DNA of 44,279 nucleotides from Octopus bimaculoides (lineage: Eukaryota). Every line of letters starts with the position of its first letter. Within the stretch, counting starts at the first letter, position 1. The translations under genes were made by a program, and so were the position numbers. Of the stretch, positions 34,746 through 44,279 are shown in pieces. Below the pieces are notes generated by a model. That model was not told where the DNA came from and made no database searches. It worked only from the letters and a program-made list of their open reading frames with translations. Location of the stretch: NCBI RefSeq assembly GCF_001194135.2, contig NC_068991.1, positions 32,296,814 to 32,341,092 of the forward strand, written 5' to 3'.

Positions 34746-35365
34746 TATTATTATTATTATTATTATTATATAAGATATTACACAGTATCCAGTATTGCGA
34801 TGTTGTTAATTGAAGATATTGTGTCTACTGGGGGTTTGTACTGTCTGTCAAGTTACAAGGACTTCAGACAAACAGTACTTTATGCAATATGCATGCAGTT
34901 CCAAGTAATGCCAGTTCTTGCAATACACCTGGATTGTAGGGTATTTCTAAAGTTTCCAGATGTTCTTCAAGTTGGGTGCTATTGAACCCAATGCTCCAAT
35001 GACAACAGGGACAACGTTTATGTTTGACTCTCGTAGCTGCCACATCTTGGCAATCTCAATTCTCAGGTCTCCATATTTATCAATCTTTTCTCTTTCATGA
35101 TAATATTTTGATCTCCTGACACTGCCATGTTGATTATTAGGCACTCTTGTTTTCCCCTCCTAAAGGTTACTATGTCTGGCCTTCAGTTCTCTAACACCTT
35201 GTCTGTCTGGAAGTCAAAGTCCCAGAGGATTTTTGCCTTTCCATTTTCATCCATTTCCTTTTCCAGTGTATGTTGATACCAAGTACCCGTTACCTCATAT
35301 CCATACTTCTGGCATAGTAGCCAGTGAAGGTTTTATACTACCTTGTCGTGTCTGCACTTAGAACA
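34743..35365 (-). mobile_element. Third, shorter R4/Dong-type LINE 3' fragment
   Basis: RHDKV..LHWLLCQKYG..WYQH, KILWDFDFQTDK..RPDI, EKIDKYGDLRIEIAKMW, VPVVIGALG, with a (TAA)n tail at ~34743-34770. Confidence 0.75.
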
Positions 35366-35545
35366 TTGGGCAAATGCTTAATGGCATTTCACTCATCTTT
35401 ACAATTTGAGTTCAAATTCCACTGAGGTCAACTTTGCCTTTCATCCTTTCAAGGTCAATGAAATAAACACTGGGGGTTGATATAATTGACTATCCCCCTC
35501 CCCCAAAATTTCAGGTCTTGTGCCTATAGCAGAAAGGAATATTAT
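35365..35545 (+). mobile_element. tRNA-derived SINE fragment
   Basis: gagttcaaattccactgaggtcaactttgcctttcatcc...caggtcttgtgcctatagcagaaagg, followed by (ATT)n. Confidence 0.7.
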
Positions 35546-35919
35546 TATTATTGTTATTATCATTATCATTATTATTATAATTATTATTAATGGGATCACA
35601 CATAGAATCCACGCTTGAAACATCACTGGTGAATTTTTTCTAAACTTGCTTTTCTTTTGCCATTTTCAGTCACTAAAATTGTAAGAATTCATTTGTAGAT
35701 GTATCAAGGAGTCTTCTGAAAAAGTTTCACCCCATTTCAAATTACAGAACAAGTGAAACATCCATTCTGAAAACTTTTTCAGATATATATATTTTCAATT
35801 AATTTTTTTTCCCAAGATGGCCAGTGCAAGTTTAAATAGAGGAGTGATCATTAGAGAAAATGTATTAACTTCCTTGTGCTAATAACAAACCCAGTCATAG
35901 TAGGCAGCCATTGATTTTA

Positions 35920-36140
35920 ACAAAAAAAAAACAATTAACAAACAATAACATCACCACCAATACCATCAACAACGTCAACAGCAAAACACCAGCATGACCC
36001 ATGACAACTCCAACAATAATAGTAACAAAATCAACAACAACAATAGCAGTATATTTATCATCAGTAGTAACAGAATCAACAATGGTGCTGGTCATTACAA
36101 CAGTAATGATAAAACACAGGCAAAGGGAATAATATCTTTC
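35920..36140. repeat. Degenerate (AAC/AAT)n low-complexity tract
   Basis: Direct reading. Confidence 0.8.
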
Positions 36141-38240
36141 ACAAATATTACAAATAAGTGGATCACCCATTCATTCACTGCAAGAGAAAATGGAGGTCAT
36201 TAAAAAATATCAGAAAGACATCATCCAACCTGGTATCATGGTACTCCCAGAAGAGGAAATGATTTGCACCAAGAAAAGAACAATATTCAATCACTCAGAA
36301 AGAAATCCACAGTCCACTTCTCCAGACAAAACAGAAAAATGTCTGGAAGAAGTGTAGCCTTCCTTAGTGTATATTTGCCAAAGAAGGCAATATGGGACTG
36401 TGGTAGCTACCTGCAGCAATGAAGGAGTGCATAGGATGGCTACAATGACCTGCTCCTCTGAGCAGTCTGTGATGATCCCCTTATATAAAGGACTTTGGTT
36501 ACTGATGACCAAAGTCAGGATCTCAACCATACCTCCTCATAGGGACCAGGCCAGAATAATAGCCATGCTAGAAGAGCATGGAAATATAATAAGTATGAAA
36601 ACTAACTCCTAACAAAACAGAACAGAAATGTCAAAGAAGTTCCAGGCCTTGATTTCTCTGGAAGAAGTTCATAGTATCCCAGATTTATTTCTGTTTTGAA
36701 GAGTGCAAGCAGATGCAGGTAGTCATGGAGAGTAGGAAACCCAGATGTTAAATTTGTGGAAAAACTGATCACCTAAAAGATTTCTGCCCCACTGTGGAGA
36801 AGTCAAAAGAAGTGCCTCACTCTGCACCACTGTTCCCAATGCTAAATCCATCCCAAGAGGAAAACATCAGCAACTACATTGACAAACAGGAGCAGATTAA
36901 AGAAACAAACAGAAATCTTAGTGACTCCTTGGATATAGAAGGGGTCTTGGATGAGACAAAAGCATCCAAGTGAGTGATTGTTGAGCAACCTTCAAAAAGA
37001 AAAAGTGGGAGAGAGGGTGAAAATACTGATGTAACCCATAAATCCAAAAAGTTTATGGGAATCTAGCTGAAACAATTAGAACATCTCACACACAAGCTTT
37101 TCAATTGCACAGTTCTACAGAACGAAAATGCAAAATTGGTGGAATTTGTAGACTCTAATAAAGACAAAATTTTGACAACAGGCAAGGGTCTTGATACTTT
37201 CACCACTTCCAAAACTGCTGATGGGAGGGTTCTGATAAGAATGTATTGTATTTTGAGGAAATGTTTCCTGCATGATGTGGGAGTTTTCAAAAGCTTATAA
37301 GAACAAAAGGATATTGAAAGGTCCATTCAAAGACCCTGAAAAAGACCAACCCAAGACAAGGTTAAGTGACAGATTCCTCATTTGTTTCTTTCCCTCCACC
37401 TAGAATGGCAATTCTAAAAATAGGTTGTATAAATGCTCATGGCCTGAGGGTAGTGTGGAAGCAGAGTCATCTGCACAATGACCTCAGGTCACTATTTCTG
37501 AATGCAGCAGCCATTAATGAGACCAGGATTTCCAAAACGCAATCACTTGCTCTACTACTGGACGACTATGAGGGTTATGCCTCCTCTGGTTAGCCTGGAT
37601 CAAATGGCACCATAGTGCTGTTTTGAAAAGGCCTTGAAATGAAGGTGAGTACTGTTTACCTAAACCAGGTTGGTAATCTAAGACATTAGCAGCAAGGAAA
37701 GTAATGATGGAACCTTCAGACTAGTGGCAGTCTATGCTCCAACAGCCAGATTTCTTTGAACATCTAGAGACCTTCCTAGGAACATCTTGCTCATTAGTGT
37801 TAGTGGATGACTCGAATAGGATCTTGGATGCAAGCAAAGATTATGTGGGTGTAGCTGACAGGAGGGTGGGGTGCAAAAGCCCTGCAAACCTTCTCAAGCA
37901 TTTACAACTGTATGACAGGCTTTGCCTCGATTTCCCAAATACACCAATGTGGACCTAGTCAAATCGCAATAAACCATCCAGATCATAATTAGATAAAGTT
38001 TTTATTAGGCTAGCAGACAGGCATAGTATAAGTTGCCCACAGTTTCAGATTGTTGGCTATTCAGATCACAAATTCAGGATCTTTACAGTCAATTTAAAAA
38101 AGATAATTAGACAAGGTCCCAGTTACAAGGAAGGTGAACATGTCATTTCCAGCATGGGAAGATTTCTGGGATCAGATAAATAGACTAGAGATATTAATAT
38201 TTCTAAGTCTCTCTAAAGGAGACTACGGCAGTGGTACTGG

Positions 38241-38533
38241 ATATTAATAGTTATCGCCAAGCTAACATGGCAGTCCAAAAAATAGGACGAATGCTGCCGT
38301 TGATTAGCTCCAAGAGGCCATCGCCTCTAGCTAGCTATGTGACACACGAACCTGTGTCCTTTATAACCTTCGAACAGGGGAGGTCAGCAGCTTCCCCTTG
38401 CTGGTTTGGCATCTGCAGACTAGTTTCGGGGTATTGCCCCTTGTCAATGCAGAGCAGCTGAACCCAGCAGGCGTCGCTACTGACCGTCTGTATTTTTGGA
38501 CTGCCATGTTGACTTGGCGATAACTATTAATAT
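38241..38533. mobile_element. Non-autonomous TIR-bounded element carrying a hammerhead ribozyme
   Basis: 49-bp TIRs (38241-38289 / 38485-38533, 43/49 identical, first 21 exact) with TTAA inside each terminus. The whole insert (38189-38531) is flanked by a 13-bp duplication ATAAATAGACTAG (38176-38188 / 38532-38544). Confidence 0.85.
38413..38452 (-). ncRNA. Minimal type-I hammerhead ribozyme with U3-A8 covariant core
   Basis: CUGCA-UUGACAA-GGGG-CAAUA-CCCC-GAAA-C-UA-G-UC-UGCAG. Stems I and II are perfect, stem III is the palindrome ACUAGU, and the triplet is GUC. Confidence 0.8.
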
Positions 38534-38971
38534 AAATAGACTAGTTAAGCAGGAATTGACAGGAGCCATCATCAACAACAGATGGTGGCTTTTCCTAGAA
38601 AGGAAAATCAGAGAGGCATCAGTTAGTTTTAATAAAGAGACTGCTTTAGAAAACAAAGGAATAGAAAATAAACTAGTTAGTAGCTTAGAAGAGGGATAGC
38701 AAATGACATGCTAGCAGTGAAAATGGCACTTGACCATTTCTTCAACATGAAACACAAAGGTTGCATTGTCCAAACTAGGGTGTGTGCACTGAAATACAAA
38801 GGCTGTAAAGCTGTTGGTTGGGCCCAGGTTGTGGAGGCACCTGGCCCAACCAACAGCTCAAATCTAGAATTCGGTTTGTGATGGATTGTAGTGGCCATGT
38901 ATTCTCCAATTACAAACAGACGAGTGCAGTGTTTCAGCAGTACTTCACTGACCTCTTTTTGAGGAGCGGTA

Positions 38972-39179
38972 TCTTATCTATAAAAGGCAGATTTTCTGTG
39001 TGTGTGTATATGTTTAAAATTCATACATTTACACAATTCCAAATTTCTTGGATGAAAGAATCAGAATTAATATTCTAAATACCATAACTTAAGTATTCTA
39101 GTTACTTAAAGAAAATATAACAGAAAAGTCTCATTCTTCAATTGCATGTAACACGGGCAACGCCGGGTATCTCTGCTAG
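38972..39179 (+). mobile_element. Complete 208-bp non-autonomous Helitron
   Basis: 5' TC, a 3' hairpin (CGGGCAACGCCGGG region) then CTAG, inserted between A and T with no TSD. Removing it restores the LINE reading frame. Confidence 0.9.
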
Positions 39180-41042
39180 TACTTGATAAAGCAGGCTTTG
39201 CGACCTGCCTCAATGGTATGCCATGTTTGTTGGACAGGGAGATTGAGTATTGCAAGAAGCTGATTTCAGCAGAGGAAGTGGCAGATGTACTGAGCTACTG
39301 TGTTGGTTGTAAACCACCAGGATTGGATGGTCTGCCCTATAAACTATATTTCCACATGTCTGACTTATTTGCTCCTGTCTTGGCAGCCATCTACTGCACC
39401 TGGCAACAGACTGGGAGCATTACCAGTCATGTGAACCAGGGAGTGGTGATTCTGCTGAGGAAGGATCCAAACAAAGGGGACGTAACTGAAACACTGAGTT
39501 ACAGATCTTAGCTAAGATGCTCACCTAGAGGCTGGTGCTTGTCGATAGTGTAGTCAGGGATGTGCAATCCACACAACCTCCATCTCATATGATACATTAT
39601 AGAACAGATTAGGAATAGATCTAGCTTTGGAGGAGCACTGGTCAATTTGGATCAGCCCAAGGCATTTGATAGGATGAATTATCACTATCTGGTGGCTGTC
39701 CAAAATGCTGTCAGTTTCATTTCCATCTCCAGAGGCTGAATCACCACAACATACAGTGGCATCTGTTTGGTGGTTAAATTAAATAGCCACCTCTTAGAAC
39801 CTTTCAGTATTGAACAGTTGGTCTGCCAAGGATGCTTTCCCCTCCCTGCTTTTATATGTTTTAGCATTACAACTTTTACCATGAAGGCCGGAGTGTTTGA
39901 TGGGTATTCCATTGGAACTAGGTCACAGGAGAGCCTGAATATGCTGATGACATCACTGTCATGGTGTCTGACTTTTCTGATATAGAAACAACCAACTAAA
40001 AGAATATCAGGTATGTACAGGTGCACACATAAACCAGGACAAATCAGTGGGTTTGCAACTAGGCTCTCAGAGAGGCAAGTCCATGTTGACTAGCAGCAAT
40101 TTCTGTCATTGGATGGAAAGTATGGTGAAAGTGCTCAGAATCTGGTTTGAACCAGATCTCCAGATGGATAGGAACTAGGAAGAGACCATGGTCAGAGTGG
40201 CCAATTTCATCCAGAAATGAGCAGAAAGGAAGCTGTCTCTGAAAGGCTGGGTAGAAGTAGTGAATACATACATTGCCTTGGTAGTACAGTACCTTCTAGC
40301 CATCATAACTTGTCCCTAGAAAACTCTGACCAGATTGGAATGCTTGTTTTGTCAATTTTTATGGACAGGTCAGGTTCCAGTGGTCAGAGAATCCATCTTG
40401 TCAACACCCACTCTGTGGTGATCTTGGGAGGTTGTCCTTGATGTGTTGCCACATGTTGAGGCTGACACACCTACAGAAATATCTAAATCCTTGTGATTGT
40501 GTGAACAACAGCAAAATAAATGAGGGTGAATTGGTATAGGCGTCCTTCCTATGACAAGTTTTTCTGCTGACCGATATGCAGTCATGAGTCAAATGTAGAC
40601 CAAAATAGGGTTTTTGGCATCAAGAATGTTGTCAGGCATTCACTGCTCGACAAAGCTGTTAACAGGAAAACTACTCAAGATTTCCATAGGGTGTGAGCAA
40701 AAGTGGCCTTGGATTGACTGGGCATTTCAATACTCACTATCTAGAAATCACTTTTTGGGGGTTGGATTAATAATACTGACATGCATGAATACAATCTAAA
40801 TTTCTCTGAACAGACTTGCTATTTGTACCTGGACCACACTACCCAAATACAATCTTTCATCCTTTTTGCATTGCAATGCTTTAGTTCTTACAGTAAGGAT
40901 GCTATGAAATGAACATAGTTCATCAATTTGACCAATAATGATGAATTTTTTATTTGTGTATGTAAGGAAAATAGATACTGACCTGTTATTTTCAAATGGT
41001 ATACATGCAATGGGCATAGTGTAAAATGCACCTTCCTATATA

Positions 41043-42085
41043 TACCAGGTCATCCCATAAGTTCTGTCCGATTTTACGTTTTTTAAAATTGAATGAAATT
41101 TAATAGTATAACTTGCAGAAGATGGTTTGCAATATTCAGAAGTGGAGATTTCAGCCTTGACGATGAAGATCAAACAGGACGTCCAGTTTAGTTTGATGAT
41201 AAGCTCCTTGAGACATTACTTGAAGAAAATCCTGCATTATCAGTTGAAGAATTGGCAATAAAGCTTAGTTAAAACCATACAACTGTTCATCATCTTCAAT
41301 AACTTGGAAAGGTTCCTAAACTTGAAAAATGGGTGCCTCATGAATTGTCTGAAAGCAACTGCAAATCCTGAGTTGACATCTTCTGTTCTCTCCATTCTCG
41401 CAAACTCATTTCACCCTTTTTGGATAGACTTGTGACTGGTGATGAAAAATGGATCTTCTATCAAAATGTTAAACGTCGTAAACAGTGGCTTGGTAAAAAG
41501 GAAAAAGCTCAACCACAACTGAGAAGGGAACTTCTTGGAAAAAAGGTTCTTCACTCTATCTCGTGGGATTGCAAAGGAGTAATTCACTTTGAATTATTAC
41601 CACCTAATGCAACAATCAATGCTCAAGTCTACTGTCAGCTATTAGAGCATTTGAACCAAGCTTTGGAGAAAAAAAGACCCACTTTAGTGAATCAAAAAGG
41701 AGTGATGTTTCATCAGGACAATGCGTGACTCCACACTGCAAAGATCACATCACAGAAGATCGAGGAGCTTGGTTGGGAAAAAGTTCCTCATTCACCTTAT
41801 TCTCCCGACCTTGCTCCTTCAGACTACCATTTGTTTCGTAGTTTACAGAATCATTTTGGGGACATAACTTTCGCAAGCCAGGAGGAAGTCGAAACTGACA
41901 TTTCAAAGTTGTTTGCTTTGAAACCAAAAGAGTTTTACATTGATGGGATTTAAAAGCTTGTAAATAGATGGAAGGAAGTCATAGATAATCAGGGAAAGTA
42001 CATTGATGATTAAATTTCAATTAAATATAACATTTGATCACTTGTTTTCTTTATTCAAAATTCAGACAGAACTTATTGGATGACC
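41043..42085 (+). mobile_element. mariner (DD34D) element with 5'-internal deletion
   Basis: TIR core GGTCATCC.ATAAGTTCTGTC (41048-41068 / 42065-42085, 1 mismatch). Motifs: WVPHEL, VTGDEKW, FHQDNA, YSPDLAPSDYHLF. Confidence 0.9.
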
Positions 42086-42169
42086 ACACATACTCTTAGA
42101 CACACATATGAGCACTGATACACACATGCATACACACACACATACATATACAAACATACACACACTCAG

Positions 42170-42660
42170 CATGAAAGGTACATACACAGAGACAGAGTGA
42201 GATAGAGAGTGTAGTAAATATATACAGCGAAAGGAAAAGTTTACCATGAGAAAAGCATAAAAGACATTGTGTGACTGATAGATAAATAGGGAGAAGGGCA
42301 GAGACAGATGTGACAAACATACACATATTGTCCTCTTGTCCACTGTGACTAACTTGCATTTCATGTCATATCAAGTGAGGGGGGGAGCAGCATGCATATA
42401 CAGAGAGAGAGAGAGAGTGTGAAAGTGTAGCAAATATATATATAGAGGGGGAACTTTACAATGAGAAATGCATGAAAGACAAAGAGACACGATAAACAGA
42501 TAGAAAGAAGTACATCGTCATATGCAGTGAGAGAGAGTGAGAGAGTATGGTAAATATATGGATAGGTGAAAAGCATAAAAGACAGAAAGAGACAGATGGA
42601 CGGATAGAGAGGTAGAAAGACAAACAGTTGTAAGACATGATAAACACTCACACATATACA
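42170..42660. repeat. Degenerate GA-rich tandem units
   Basis: Recurring gagagtg..tag.aaatatat...gaaa.gcat.aaagac motifs, about three units. Confidence 0.5.
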
Positions 42661-42699
42661 AACATACACACACTCAGGTAATCATGAGTTTAAGAATAT

Positions 42700-44048
42700 G
42701 TCTTCTAAAGACATTCAATATTAGTGATCTGGAAGTCAAGTTATTTCTTGAAGAAAATTATATCCATTCAACACAGGTAGTGATATTGCTTGCTACTGGC
42801 AATGATCATGATCAATGAAATCAGAGAGAAAAAGGTTCTGCATATCTCAATGAAGAATCAGCATGCCAAGGCCTTTGATGTGAAATAGTTACAGGAAGCT
42901 ATCAAGAAAGAAATTTGGAGTCAACTAAAAGAGCTTGATGAGGACTGCAATTTGCTTGTCCAGAAAACTAAAAGCTGTATAAGGAAAGCAAAAAACTGTA
43001 AGCCTGGGAAGAATCTTAGGAGAGACAAAGAAAATGCTAGAAAAAAAGAAAATGAAGAGGAAGTGGAAAAGTTTAAAAAGATACTGGAGAGGGCTGATGC
43101 TTTATAGGTCAGAAGTAACAGTGTTTAAGAACAAGGATAGACTCACGGTGACAGACAAAGTGGGGATGGGAAAGGTATGCAAAACCTTCTACACCAACCT
43201 TTTTAAATCATCAGTAAAGCTCAATCCCATACTGCCACAAATGTTGGAAGAAGTCTCATCTGTTCTGATCAGTGAAATTGAAAATACCTTCAAACTGATG
43301 AAAACAGACAAAGTTCCTGGGAAAGAGAGTATCACAACAGAGATGTTAAGATGTGGAGAATTCTATTTCTACATTTCAATCACTATCTGAAAGAGGCAGG
43401 TAGTGGAAAGTATCAAATACCATCATCCTGCTTTATAAGAAGTGTGATAAAGAAATTTTATAAACTATCGCCCCATCTGCCTCTTGTCTTACCTCTATAA
43501 GCTGTTTATAAACATCATAGTCACCATCCTATCAAAACACCTCCACAACCAATGACTGAGAGAGCAAGCCAGTTTCTGTAAGAACTATAGTACGATAGAT
43601 CACATATTCACTCTAACACAGCTCATAGAATGAGTGAATGAATACAAACTTCCTCTGTGTATCACTTTTGTTGATTATGAAAAGGCTTTCGATAGCATTG
43701 AGAAGAATGCAGTGTTAAAATCTCTTGAAATGCAGTGTCAACACACAATACATCAAACTGCTCAAAGATGCAAACTCTTGATGCACAACGGATATAGCTC
43801 TGCCATCATCACCAATAAGGGTCCTAACTGAGAAGGGTGTCAAGCAAGGGGATACTATCTCTCCAAAGTTCTTTACTGAATGTTTAGAAATAATCATTAA
43901 GGACATCGACTGGACAGGAGGCATGAACATCAACACACCTCCAATTCGCAGATGACATTGTACTCATCATTGAAACCACAGAGCAACTGCTGACCATGCT
44001 GACAGAGCTGAACACTCAGAGCTTAGCAGTAGGTCTTAAAATGAACCA
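42700..44048 (+). pseudogene. RTE-clade LINE RT fragment, cut off by a SINE
   Basis: KTDKVPGKESITTEML, NYRPICLLSYLYKLF, STIDHIFTL, FVDYEKAFDSI, GVKQGDTISPK, FADD (43945-43956). Confidence 0.85.
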
Positions 44049-44279
44049 CATCATCATCGTTTAACATCCGCTTTCCATGCTAGCATGGGTTGGACGATTT
44101 GACTGAGGACTGGTGCAACCGGATGGCTACACCAGGCTCCAATCTAATTTGGCCGAGTTTCTACAGCTGGATGCCCTTCCTAACGCCAACCACTCAGAGT
44201 GTGTAGTGGGTGCTTTTACGTGTCACCCACACGAAGGCCAGTCAGGCGGTACTGGCAACTGCCACGCTCGAAATGGTGT
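44049..44279 (-). mobile_element. SINE 3' part with (GAT)n tail (runs off window)
   Basis: catcatcatcgtttaac.tccgctttccatgctagcatggg...ctggatgcccttcctaacgccaaccac. Confidence 0.75.

Larger units (their letters stand above)
36250..40700 (+). mobile_element. Tx1/L1-clade LINE (ORF1 + ORF2), degraded, carrying two nested insertions
   Basis: ORF1: TKVRISTIPP and a CCHC knuckle C*ICGKTDHLKDFC (~36746-36787). ORF2 from ATG 37405: APE motifs IGCINAHGL, INETR, AVYAP, YSDH, and RT motifs PGLDGLPY, KAFDR, YADD (39940-39951). Confidence 0.85.

Overview
AT-rich, intron/intergenic-type eukaryotic DNA with four assembly gaps. The SINE families and (AT)n/(CA)n/(AAT)n microsatellites resemble an Octopus (cephalopod) genome; this is recognition from memory, not a search. 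No intact host gene could be supported. Most of the window is a mosaic of decayed, often nested mobile elements. Retroelements: Penelope-like elements (RT and GIY-YIG fragments), RTE, L2/CR1-like, Tx1/L1-like and three R4/Dong-type RLE LINEs, a Gypsy 3' end with LTR, and tRNA-derived SINEs. DNA transposons: two DD34D mariners, a maT-like Tc1/mariner, Chapaev3-like, hATm-like, piggyBac, Merlin, Helitron/Helentron pieces and MITEs. The most notable unannotated signal is a set of minimal type-I hammerhead ribozyme (HHR) motifs. One at 38413-38452 (-) looks intact and carries a compensatory U3-A8 core pair. It sits inside a ~290-bp TIR-bounded element inserted into a Tx1-like LINE with a 13-bp duplication. 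A second at 21835-21941 (-) has a 10+2-bp stem I and an 11-bp stem II. Five or more decayed copies lie next to Penelope remnants. Boundaries of decayed elements are approximate.
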